Shown here: one piece after another, positions 49,296-60,419 of the stretch
Layout: every line of letters starts with the position of its first letter
How positions within the stretch are numbered: the first letter of the stretch is position 1
From: a virus
Length of the DNA stretch: 64,000 bases
Direction: 5' to 3' (one strand)
Virus record (IMG/VR): IMGVR_UViG_3300047509_000177
Coordinates: 27,382-91,381 of that record
Notes under the pieces: model-generated
Told to the model about the DNA's origin: nothing
The model's input: the letters and a program-made list of their open reading frames with translations, nothing else
Database searches by the model: none
Made by a program: the position numbers and the translations under genes

Positions 49296-50603
49296 TTATA
49301 CCTTAGTTTTCAATAAAGGAAACATTATAACATCTCTAATATTCTTCTTTCCCAAGAGTAGCATACAAAGACGATCTATTCCAATACCAACTCCGGCCCA
49401 AGGCAGTGCTCCCATTTCTAGAGCTTCGATGTAGTTTTGATCGTATGGGTCATATTCTCGTATATTTTCTCCAAATTCATTTGTGAAAAACTTTTTGCTT
49501 TCTGGTTCCTTTAGGCGCGTTTCCTGCTCATGTGGGTCATTCAAGTCTGATGCTCCAGAAGCAATCTCCATATCATCTATATATAGCTCCCATGCCTCTG
49601 CTCTGTTTCTATGTCTACCTTTTCCAATTGATTTTCTACTCAAGGGCCAATCAGACGATGGTAAGTCTGCATCGAAAATCATAGGATACTCATGAGGGCA
49701 TTTTATTGAACATGACACATTTCTAATTAAATCTTCAGTAAAACAAATCATATCTAGGTCAGTCTTACAACTCTCAAATATCTCTAGATTAGTGAACTCT
49801 GGGTTGTGTTCGGGACTAATTCCCTCATTTCTAAAGCACCTTGAGAAAGCATATACTCTATCGAACCCGCCAACGAGTGCGCGCTTAAGGTATAGCTCTG
49901 AGGAAATAGATAGGAAAAATTGTTGTCCAAGAGTATTGTGTTGTGTTGTAAATGGCTTCGCAGTTGCTCCACCATAGATGGGTTGGAGTATGGGAGTTTC
50001 AATCTCAACGAAGTCTCTTTCATTCAGATACTTCCTTATCTCAAATACTATTTCTGCTCTCTTCTTAAATACCTCGCGCGAATCCGCGCTGGACATCAGA
50101 TCCTGCTCGCGGTGCCTGTACTTATGCTCAGGGCTTTTCAGGCCATTTCGCTTATCGGGAGGCTCTCGTAGTGCCTTGGCTAAAAGCGTGAAATTAGAAA
50201 TTAAAAGAAGGGGCTTCCCACGCGGATTCTGGCCTAGTGCCCCTTCTACTCCGACCATATCTCCAAGATCGCATTTTATAACGCTATCAAGGACTATTTG
50301 AGATTTTGCGAAATCTAGTTTTCCTGACTCTATGGGGCCATAAATTAGTTGGATTGATCCCGTCTGGTCAAATAAGTCAAAGAATATAGTCTCTCCGTGA
50401 TGCCTTCGAGCAGATATTCTTCCTGCTATCTTACAAAAATTATCTGAAGGAACATCAACTTTTTCTCTAGTAAGGATTTCATGGAGAGTTACGGTTGATG
50501 GTCGATTTAAAACATATTGAATTGTTTCTCGGCCAGGAAAATCGCGCGGGTAGGGGTTAGAATTATTCTGTATCTTCTTTAGTCTCTCTATAGAATTACT
50601 CAC
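49296..50603 (-). CDS. lysS: Divergent class II lysyl-tRNA synthetase paralog
   Basis: OB-fold anticodon domain, EIETP..Q..GGA, ELYLKR, FRNEG..HNPEFT, GIGIDR; pocket residues altered. Confidence 0.85.
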   Translation of the reverse strand: MSNSIERLKKIQNNSNPYPRDFPGRETIQYVLNRPSTVTLHEILTREKVDVPSDNFCKIAGRISARRHHGETIFFDLFDQTGSIQLIYGPIESGKLDFAKSQIVLDSVIKCDLGDMVGVEGALGQNPRGKPLLLISNFTLLAKALREPPDKRNGLKSPEHKYRHREQDLMSSADSREVFKKRAEIVFEIRKYLNERDFVEIETPILQPIYGGATAKPFTTQHNTLGQQFFLSISSELYLKRALVGGFDRVYAFSRCFRNEGISPEHNPEFTNLEIFESCKTDLDMICFTEDLIRNVSCSIKCPHEYPMIFDADLPSSDWPLSRKSIGKGRHRNRAEAWELYIDDMEIASGASDLNDPHEQETRLKEPESKKFFTNEFGENIREYDPYDQNYIEALEMGALPWAGVGIGIDRLCMLLLGKKNIRDVIMFPLLKTKV

Positions 50604-51342
50604 TACTTACCTCGGCGTTTTTAGCCTGGCAAATATCTGGTATTACTTTGTCATGCATTGCTGTAAAAATATTTGGTTGCTCGTCGTAATAATGGCACCA
50701 AAATCTTTTACAGTCTTTGCATTCATAAAAAGTTCTCTTTGAATTATCTTGAGGAGTTTCTCCTACCCAATTATGGCTGCTTCCCCATCCGTTACCAATT
50801 ATTTGGCTCATTAATTGTCACCATAATTTTGGATGGCAGCTAGAAACTCATCGTCAGTAATGTATGTGAGATAAACTGGCTTGTATTCCCTCTCTAAAAT
50901 TGCTGCAATAATTTCACCTAGAGTTCTTTCTGGATTTTTATTCCATACTTTTCTTAGTTCCTCCAAAATACAAGTGATACGGTAAGGGTCAGTAGGTTTA
51001 TCTACAATTTCTATAGGTGTAATTAGATTATTCATTTATATTCCTTTTTTATAGTTAGGGTCGCAATGTCCGCAACAGCCGTGAATTCTGGCCGAGGTAT
51101 CCTCTTCATATTCAACTTCATGTTTCAGTGCATCTGGATCTGGATGGCCTACGCCACAGGGGCAAATTCGCTCGAAAATTCCTCTATCTTCGCGCCAAAT
51201 TAGTGGCCAATCTTTCATATGATGGTTAGAAGGATTATGGATCACACAATATTTTCCTGTGCATTCTTTCGCAGAATGTATGTTATAAAGTATTTGTCCG
51301 TTAGGAAGAGTGAATATATTTTTTAGATTATTCATGATATCA

Positions 51343-51627
51343 CTACATTCGCCATGGATATGTTCTGCGCGCTAATTCAAGATGATTAGGATTAACGCAT
51401 ATTTTATTCGCGCATATAGCTTTTACTATAAATCCTTCGGGCACGAGTTCGCCGTGAAAAATTTCCCAAGCAGCGGCAGCTACATATTTAGTAGATCTAT
51501 TGATTCTGATTGTGCCATATCCTTGCGCATCTTTCTTCCCTGTAAACCACCAGCAACCAGCCGTCTTCTGAGTTGAAGAATCTAACTTATCTTTATTGTT
51601 TATTATATCTTCAAGCGTTATAGTCAT
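51343..51627 (-). CDS. Degenerate HNH endonuclease
   Basis: CWWFTG...GYG...C.N..CVNPNHL, but His residues before the Cys are lost. Confidence 0.65.
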   Translation of the reverse strand: MTITLEDIINNKDKLDSSTQKTAGCWWFTGKKDAQGYGTIRINRSTKYVAAAAWEIFHGELVPEGFIVKAICANKICVNPNHLELARRTYPWRM

Positions 51628-52397
51628 TTAGAACTTTATGTTAACCGGCATCGGTTTTATCCACAAAAGTGGATTGATGATTTGATTGAGGAGAAATAGC
51701 GATAAGAGTATCCATTACGATACTTTCAATCTCTCCCAATGTCAAGGGGTACTCGCTACAAACTCCAGTCTTGATTTCCTCTAACGCCTCTCGTAGCGCT
51801 TGCTCACGCTCGCCACAGGTTATGCAATACACGGGGTTTGTGTAGTAGTCGCGAGCAACGAGCCAGCCCTCCCATATTCCCTTATTAAAAAGACTATTAG
51901 ATGGAGATATAAAAATTCTCTCTATGGCTTCGTACTCATCTTTGGAAAAATCGGTCATTTCTTGTCCTTAGGAATAAAATCAGAATCTTGCTCACCTATA
52001 TCTGGTTTGGGTTGTTCCTTAGTATATTTTAGTATTTTGCGTTCTCTTTCGCGCAAAATTCTGTCCATTAAATTATGGTAATGTTCTTTGTAATAAGAAC
52101 TTCTTGTTTGTCTAGGACGTTGCATTACTAGTCTATGTTATATCTTAGGCAGCTCGCTGTTCAAGGCAATGGCGCGTGCTCGTGCTTCTGACATTGCTTG
52201 ATGAAACTCCTTGCCTATAACCCATTTAAATGTACAAGATGTCCCGTCGGGCATTATAGCTACACATAGATTCCTATCGTTGTGGGCCATAATTGGAATT
52301 TCTTGATTATCAGGGTGATAAGAAGACATAAAAGTCTCAGTACGATAATAGCCTAAATCTTCAATAGAATCTATAGCTTGTTGCTGATTATTGTAAA

Positions 52398-53183
52398 TCA
52401 TGCTGCTTGCCTCTCTTGCCAATAGACTTGGTCTTGCCAGAATTTCACCACGGCGCTGATCTCCTCTGAATCCACGTATGGAGTCTGGATGCGGAACGGA
52501 GTACGACCTTGCGACGAGAACAGAGCGTCGCCAGCGCCGATTAGGTCTTGCGCCCCTCCTTGGTCCAATATGATACGACTGTCGAGCGCTGATCCTACGG
52601 CGAAAGCTAGTCTGCTTGGCAGATTGCTCTTTATAAGACCAGTAACTACCTCTCGGCGCGGGCTCTGCGTGGCGAGCACGAGATGGATGCCAACAGCCCT
52701 TGACTTCTGGGCCAGTCGAGTAATTGATTCCTCTATCTCATGCTTAGAGAGCATCATAAGGTCTGCCATCTCATCGACTACTACCAATATATATGGCCTT
52801 TTTTCATGCTGAGGAAGCTTTTCATTCAACTCATCTAGATCTTTTGCGCCATATTCCTGCGCAAGTTTATATCTGCTCTCCATAAATGATACTAGAGCCT
52901 TGAAACTAGTAATGGCCTCCCAAGCGTCGGTTATTACTGGGCATAGAAGATGAGGAATACTATCATATATTGGCAACTCGACCATCTTGGAATCAACCAT
53001 CATAAACTGTAGTTGATCTGGAGTTGTCTTCATAAGTAGTGAGCAGATCATTGAATGCAAGTACGAAGTCTTCCCGCTTCCAGTCGTGCCTGCTATCAAC
53101 AAATGTGGAAAATCTTTAATGTCAACATGAACTACTTCATTTGATGGATTAACTCCGAGAGGTATATTTAGTATATTGTTCAT
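52398..53183 (-). CDS. ftsK: FtsK/SpoIIIE motor (beta) domain; no gamma domain
   Basis: PHLLIAGTTGSGKT, VDEMADLM, RAVGIHLVLATQ, SRIILD.GA..L.G.GD. Confidence 0.9.
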   Translation of the reverse strand: MNNILNIPLGVNPSNEVVHVDIKDFPHLLIAGTTGSGKTSYLHSMICSLLMKTTPDQLQFMMVDSKMVELPIYDSIPHLLCPVITDAWEAITSFKALVSFMESRYKLAQEYGAKDLDELNEKLPQHEKRPYILVVVDEMADLMMLSKHEIEESITRLAQKSRAVGIHLVLATQSPRREVVTGLIKSNLPSRLAFAVGSALDSRIILDQGGAQDLIGAGDALFSSQGRTPFRIQTPYVDSEEISAVVKFWQDQVYWQERQAA

Positions 53184-53746
53184 TTTAGATATTTCCCAGT
53201 GACCTTCTTATAACGCTTCTGAGCCTCATAGATATGTTCTTCTGCTTTGTTCTTAGATTCTCTAGAGGAACTAGATTCATGCCACAATAGTCACAATATC
53301 CTGTATTGAACTTCCTCAGCTCTATCTCGCGCCGAGTAGCGCGCTTGAAGCATGAAGTACAGACAAAGATATCCTTGTGGCTTTCGTATGGCATTAATTT
53401 CCCTCAGCAGTCATGCGATCTACACCATATAGTTCTTCCATTTCATCTTCAGACATAGGTTTTGAACCTGCATGTGGTGGTTGGTGATTTGCTGGAAGAG
53501 AACATCGTATTAGACCCTCGGCAGTGGGCCATGTTGATTTACATCTATCAAATATAATTTGTTGGTAATTAGAAATTTCTATATTAAAATCTTCTATTGC
53601 TTTAATTGTTTTTTGTTCTATTCTAATTCTTTCAGGAACTAAATCTTCATCTTCTTCGCGTTGTTCTCTACGCTTTCTCATAGAATCGAGAGTAGGAAAT
53701 TTCATTATATTGTAAAGAGGATATTCCCAAGTATTATAGTAAGTTC

Positions 53747-54103
53747 TCATATTACATCTCCCAAGGTAACTATCCGGCGCGAATCTGTCCGAGAAACATA
53801 AACTCCCACCACTTTCTCCCCTCGTACAGGGCATTCAATAGAGACAGAATCACAGCCTAGCTCATAAGCGATCTCCTCGCGCAGCTTCGTGGCCAGAGAC
53901 CTAATTGGGATTTTTTCTGCGGGGACTCCGGCGAAGAAGGTGACCTGAGGGCCTATTTGGATATTCTCAATATTCAGAGGAATTCCTAGCTCGTCTGTAC
54001 GGCTTTCTATGAGCGCCGCTTCGCGCCAGGCAGCTTCCATCTCTTCCTCTTCATTATAAGTAGATGAAGTTTTAAGTAGTGTCTTTGGCGGTAGGTTCCA
54101 CAT
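53747..54103 (-). CDS. FtsK alpha domain as a separate ORF
   Basis: WNLPP..LL, GPQVT, EIAYEL...SV.IECP.RG..VVGV.V...IVTL. Confidence 0.75.
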   Translation of the reverse strand: MWNLPPKTLLKTSSTYNEEEEMEAAWREAALIESRTDELGIPLNIENIQIGPQVTFFAGVPAEKIPIRSLATKLREEIAYELGCDSVSIECPVRGEKVVGVYVSRTDSRRIVTLGDVI

Positions 54104-55184
54104 TTAGAATATCCAATATAGTGTCAATAATAGTTACGCACACAAGATACTTATCATGACCTACCCATCGGGCATTGTATGCTGCTCCTGCAAGAAGGCC
54201 GTAAGTCTTATTTATTCTTTCTCTATCGGTCATGATTTTGCTTTTTCAAGTGCATTAATAAGAGACTTCAAAGTAGGATAAGATTTAAAGAAATATGGAG
54301 TGTCAATGTAAAATTTACCGTCTAACATTCTTTTATAGGCATTCCATTCTCTATCTTTTGGTGTATTTCTTTTCCCATCCACATACATTTCGTAGAATTG
54401 CCAATTGCCATCGCTAGATTCGTATAGCCCTGGTTCGATTTTATGTAGTGGTCTAATCTTCATTCCAATATTATAATGAGATACATACAGGTTACTAGAC
54501 CGCAGAAGTATCCGATAAGAAACATAAGGAACGCCCATGAGTAAGGAATTTCTTTTATTGATTGCTTCATAGATATCATATCAGAGAGATTTCGTCCTGG
54601 AAGAATCTCTATCAATTATTCTTACACTGGAAAGAGGATGGGAATTTTCTGCGCACTGAGTCTCTGTTAAAGGAGTTTGCCTATCGTCTAGCTCCAGCCA
54701 GCGCATAAACAATTTGAAATAATATTTAATCTTGTTCATTATATGACAGTCTTTTCATGCGTTCTAGAGTTTCTATAGAATCGTTTAGCCAAGTTTCTAG
54801 AACTTCCGGGCTATATTCGTCAGGGAGGAAGTCTAAAGTTATAACACCAAGTATTCTAAGTATATCCTCTTTTGTATATAGCTGTTCAAATGGTTGCGGC
54901 CAGGTATTGATCTCCTCAGTAGCACGCTGGACCATATCGCTAATTTTCCCATCATAAGTGGCCATACGAGTAGAATCTTTCATAGTAACCTTCCATTTAT
55001 ATCATATTTCTCAATTATATTATGATTAAATACTACCATTATCCCTCTATCATATCCTACTATCTTCGCATAAGTATTCTTACCTGATGCTTCCTTTTTT
55101 ATTCTCTTCCACTCTAAAAGTTGCCGTGTAGAAACTATATATGTTTTTCTATTTTGTATAATTGGAGGCATAATTTAAATTGTA

Positions 55185-55228
55185 GGGGCTGAGAAGGCAA
55201 AACCCTTAGAACTTCTTGACTCAGCCCC
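55185..55228. terminator. Stem-loop
   Basis: ggggctgag/ctcagcccc inverted repeat just downstream of the tRNA-like element. Confidence 0.4.
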
Positions 55229-55230
55229 AG

Positions 55231-55308
55231 TGGACGCTCTTGGTATCGAACCAAGCTGAACCATCTACCCTTTCTACCGGCGGTTGCTACCGGAGGGGAT
55301 AAGCGTCC
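55231..55308 (-). ncRNA. tRNA-like element (acceptor and T-arm intact, D/anticodon region aberrant)
   Basis: GGACGCT/AGCGTCC-A and CTTGG-TTCGATA-CCAAG. Confidence 0.55.
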
Positions 55309-58237
55309 TTATTTATTCAGTCTAGATTTTTCTGATATAACACCAATTATTATCATAAAAAGTACTATAAAAGTATACAAAAATATTGTAGATGGAACTC
55401 CTATCATATGATCTACTGGATGATTATCTATATGCTCTGATGCAAAATGTATTGCTTGTATCAAACATTATATATAAAAATTAACCGAGGACTATCTGGA
55501 GAGGCTTATCCGCGGCCGAATATGGCGCTGAGGAGGTAGGGAAGATACCCCACTCCAGACCATGCTATTTTTCTCCACTTCCATTCTCTAACAATTCTTG
55601 GAAGGTACCGGGAATAAACTTTTTGTCATATATAAACCATCCGCCTGCTTCTTCTACGAGCCATTTAAATGTATTTGTTTCGTCATTAAATCCTTTAATT
55701 GCCATTACATCAGCAAGCTCTTCAAGCCATCCAGCACAATGTGTATTCTCGCTCCACCATTCCATATAAACCAGTAGAGCTTTTCTTGCTGCTTGTATAT
55801 TATTAGTCATAATTTTTAGTAAATAGTTTCTGAATCTATCCTAGACTTCAATTCAGAATATAGGCGCTGAATTTGCGTAACCAATTGGCGCGGTGTTCGC
55901 TCATCATCAGAATCTTTGTGCATGAGATTTCCAGAACCTATCCTCTGCGCGCTTCTGGCGTCGAAGGAGGATATCAAATTAGACGGAGCAGATCAACTGA
56001 TGAGTAGAAGCACATCTATTTTTATTATTTTAGATATACAATCGATCAATCTGCTCCACTTATAAGTGTATCATACATCTTCTGATTCGTCAAGGGGGTC
56101 TTTTCTACATCGGGGACAAATATCTAGTTTGTCTCTATATATATAACCGTTTTCGTGCTTAGCATATTCTCGTGCGACTTTTGCTCCTTCTGTAGAAATA
56201 GGAGCCGGATCCCCGCACTTATCACACATCACATAGCAAGCTCTATGGATCATATCTCAATGACTCCATACTCCAAAATAGAAGTCTTCTTTGCGAGATC
56301 ATGCGCGGCTACCAGCGCTGCTTCGCGCGTGGGAAAAGAATTATCATATTTCGTATTATTTTCGATGGAATTCTTCCAAATTTTTTCTGCCAAAGGATCT
56401 TCTATGTTAGGCATCATTCCTTTGGCAACGTACCAGCGCACTGGCCTACAGAGTACATCGAAAGAACTAAAAACCGCTATGAAATTATCGGCGGAAATGT
56501 TAATCTCCAAAGTCAGTTTTGATTTCGGGAAGAGATTCTACTTCGCGCAAAGTCCTGTCGAAAGCAGCATATTCTTTTAGTTTTTCATGTTCTCTTTTAT
56601 ATACTTCATATAGTTTATTTACGCTCTCATTACGCGTACTTTGCTTCGCTAGTTCTTCTGTATTTTCTCTATAATCCTCATACCTCATTTGAATACCAAG
56701 CTCTCATTAGGCGCTCTAGCTCAACCCAAATATCTCCTGAGAATCTAGTTCTTATTTGCAATTTATAAACTACCTTTCTCAAATCGTATACGCGCGGCTC
56801 ACGGGTGCGTGGTGTCTCAGTGCTCATAGCCCCTCTATTCTTTCGATCCATTGGCTGGCCAGATAAGCCACAGCTTCAACCTTGTGCTCATGCTTCGGCG
56901 CAAAAGAGCCCTGGATCGCTTGCAAATGTCTTATCATAGATTCCCCATCGATTCCATCCTTCATAAAGAACTTTATATCTGCTGGAAGTCCCTCGTGGAA
57001 CCAACGACGTTGGAAATCAAGCCATTTATTTCGCTTCGTTTCACTCAAGGCTGCAAGACCAGCTTTGCATTCCTCGCGCGATGGCATTAGCTCCAGAATA
57101 TTCGCAGGGAAAGCCAAAGTTATATCGTTAATTGTCGTTGGCTTGGCCCAACGATCTTCTTTCTCTTTCTTAGGCAATTTTCAGTCCTCCCAATTTCCCC
57201 TGCGCGCGAATTTGCGCGAGGAAGTAGTTTTCCTCCCGATTACTTTCAATAGGTCTAATAAAATCCGTAATTGGCTTCTCCGGCGATTTCTGCGCTGATG
57301 GCTGCTGGCTCATTCTTCGATCTCCCAATCAACTGTTGTTTCATCATTGATATGACCACTCTCTATATGGTCATCTATAATTTCTTCTACAGCCCCTATT
57401 GATCCTGATCGTAGTAACTCTGCGTCTTTTAGGTTATCACATATAATTTCTATTACCAAACTAGGCATAATTAGTTCTCATTTCTAACCCAATTTTGCAA
57501 AAGTTCCATGCAGTTTTTAATTCCTTCTGTCCAAAATATTACGTCTGCCTTATTTATAGAGCAGATTGTTATACTTTCATCTTTCTTATCTATTCCTATT
57601 TCTCTAGCGCAAAATTCTCTGTCAAAACTCCAGAAACCATCAAGTTCCTCTATTTCCTCTACTTCGACTGGATTCTTAGAATAAAGGCCACTAAGATTAA
57701 TCATATTGGCATAATATTTTACATTCTTCATATTACATCTCCAAGAGTATTTACTGGGCGGTAATCTGCGCCGGTAGAGGTTCTCCCGATATAGGATCTA
57801 CCCAATGGCATATTTTTACTGCTAGCACCATATTACGCCTGAAATAAGTAACGCATTGATTAGGTTCTAGAAAAAAATAATCTCCTTCTGTGGCGCTAGC
57901 CGTTGCCTCTGTAACAATATCTAGCGCAACAACGCTGGGAATGTCCTTGCACTTTTCCATATTTTCAGGTGTTGCTAGAAGCATTATGCGTACCACTTAT
58001 CTATTTGATTGAACTCTTCCACGATTTTCCTGCCGTTGGGAACATATTGGCGTACTAGACGGCATAGCAAATGATCTGCGTCCCAGTGGTTGGCTTCCTC
58101 ACCATCCTCGCTGGCGCGAATCTCGCGCATAAGTTCTAGAGGTGTCTTCTTCTTCTTATTCATAACATTCCCTTTCAATTCGTGCGTGTTCCTGCCACAG
58201 CATAGTAATGAAAGCCCATATATCTAGAATCATAATT

Positions 58238-58486
58238 TTATTCTTCCAGTAGAGTTTGCTCTACTTCTTGACCTCGGCGTGTAAGACAATATGTGCGTCG
58301 ATTTTCCTTCCAACCTGCCATATCTACCAGGCCACGCTCCGCAAGTCGCTGTACGGCGCTGTAGGCTGCACTCTCGCTGAGATTTGGCCAGTCGTATGCT
58401 AGACGCCTACAGTCCTTTGCTTCTTCAGCAAGAAGAAGCAAAACCAGCTTTTGAGTACGGCCTAGATTCTTCATTGGGTTATTCAT
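58238..58486 (-). CDS. Winged-helix (MarR/PadR-like) protein
   Basis: SAVQRLAERGLV...YCLTRRG. Confidence 0.75.
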   Translation of the reverse strand: MNNPMKNLGRTQKLVLLLLAEEAKDCRRLAYDWPNLSESAAYSAVQRLAERGLVDMAGWKENRRTYCLTRRGQEVEQTLLEE

Positions 58487-59441
58487 AAGATCACTTCACG
58501 AACTGGAAAAACACGCTTACAGGACCACCATCTGACTTCTCTACACGAGTCTTGACCTCTACGCCCAGCTTCTCTGCGCGCGTCTTGAGCTGTGTCTTGA
58601 ACACGGCGAAATTAGCGGCAAAGTCTTCGCCTTCAATCGCTTGCCATACCTCACCGTTCGTCCACTCATCCCACGGGAATTTCCGCCGAGTAGTAGGCTC
58701 ATCCCACTCCAAATGAGTCCTTTTATCAATTACAGTTGCCATATAGATCAAATCCTTTCAGCCGATATATAGAGAAGTATTAGCAATCTTATGGGGACAT
58801 ACAAAATTATTATTGTTTTCTATTATTGGTTCTAGAACATTCCCTTCGTCGTCAGTCTCTATATCTAGCTCAAGCTCATAAAACCACTTGTTTGCCAAAG
58901 AGGAATCATGCTGTATAGCTATTCCTGAAATAAATTTACCTGTCATTTTATTCCCTTCTATAGAACTTCAGTACATAACTAGTAAAACATACTTCTAAGG
59001 TAACTTCAATAAGTAGTATACCACAGAATATATATGTTTATGCAACTATTTTCTTTGTTCTAAAATAATCTACATTACGTATTCTAATTTGTCTTCGTTT
59101 ATACTCTTCTTTTATCAGGGGCAGCTCGCGCCGAGATTCCTCCCGAATAGCTCTTTGTAGAAATCCTCTAAGCTCTCTAGCATCCAGCAGGTGAAGGCTA
59201 TGAGACAAGTCGGTTCTCATGTGTGAGCCTCCTTTGGCCTTCGCGAGTGAGGCATAGTTTTAGCGATGTTTCAATAGGGCTTACTCGCTCTCTTGTTTCG
59301 CAAAGTCCTTTTTCATATACACGCGTAATAACATCTCGTCGGGATCTAGCGCTCCACTCGCACCAAGGCTTCCCTGTGGCGGGAGACCAGCGCCAAAAGT
59401 CGCCGTCGATCTCTAGCAATGGGGTATCCACTTAGATGACC

Positions 59442-60419
59442 TCACAAGAGTTTGATCTGCGGCGTGAGCAGATTCCGGTAGGGATGAGGTTCGGTCACGA
59501 CTCCCTGCTCGATCAGCCGGTAGAACAGCAGGCCGCGAGAGCGGCTTGCGCGGCGGTTGAAGCGGAACACGTACTCGTCGCAGTAATAGTCCAACTGCTC
59601 GCGCGACATGCCGCCCTGATGCGTGCCGAGCAACCACCGCTTGAGCAGACTGGCGACGCGGTGAGCGTGCGGCATCGTGACGTGCGCGTCCGCTGCCTCG
59701 GGGTCGCTCATGTTCGTAACTTCATGCTGGTAGCCGTAGCGGCTGATCGAGCTGTAGCTCCCGAAGGCGTCCGTGTGGATGATCGAGCCACGCGCCACGT
59801 TGTCGAGGATGAACTCGATGAGCGTCTCGGCCTTAGTGTCCGGCACGCGAGCAAGTCGAAGGCGTCCAGCCTTGAGACGTTCGCCAGTGCGGCCGTGAGC
59901 CTCGACCGCGATCACAACGATCGCCTTCCCGTGTGGCGAGCGACCACCCGCCTTCTTGGTCTTGATCCCGCCGATAAACGTCTCATCCACCTCGACCACA
60001 ACACCGGGACCACCGATCATGTCCCGGCCAGGGCGCACCATCGCACGGCGCAGCTTGTGCATCCACGCCCACGCCGTCTGGTAGGAGCCGAAGCCAAGCT
60101 CACGCTTCAACCCGAGCGCGCTCACACCGTTCTTCTGACTAACGACGTGCCACATGACGTGGAACCACACACGCAGCGGATAGCGTGTCTTGTCGAAGAT
60201 CGTGCCAGCCGTCACGCTCGTGCGCTTGCGACACGCCGTGCAGCGCATAAGGCCGCTGCCCATGCGCCAATAGTCGCCTATGACACCGCAATGCGGGCAC
60301 ACAAAGCCGTTGGGCCATCTGATCTTCTCGACGTACGCGAGACACGCCTCCTCGCTATCGAACCGCTCGATGAACTCGCTGAAGGTGCGGGGGTAATCCG
60401 CGCTCGCAGCGGGGGTCAT
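59442..60419 (-). CDS. IS1595-family transposase, apparently intact
   Basis: RWPNGFVCPHC Zn ribbon, SVTAGTIF, EVDET, HTD, SLLKRWLLGTHQG, EYVFRFNRR. Confidence 0.95.
   Translation of the reverse strand: MTPAASADYPRTFSEFIERFDSEEACLAYVEKIRWPNGFVCPHCGVIGDYWRMGSGLMRCTACRKRTSVTAGTIFDKTRYPLRVWFHVMWHVVSQKNGVSALGLKRELGFGSYQTAWAWMHKLRRAMVRPGRDMIGGPGVVVEVDETFIGGIKTKKAGGRSPHGKAIVVIAVEAHGRTGERLKAGRLRLARVPDTKAETLIEFILDNVARGSIIHTDAFGSYSSISRYGYQHEVTNMSDPEAADAHVTMPHAHRVASLLKRWLLGTHQGGMSREQLDYYCDEYVFRFNRRASRSRGLLFYRLIEQGVVTEPHPYRNLLTPQIKLL

Noticed and set aside
49296-50603. EpmA/GenX (EF-P lysyl transferase)
   Set aside because: EpmA lacks the N-terminal OB anticodon-binding domain, which is present here
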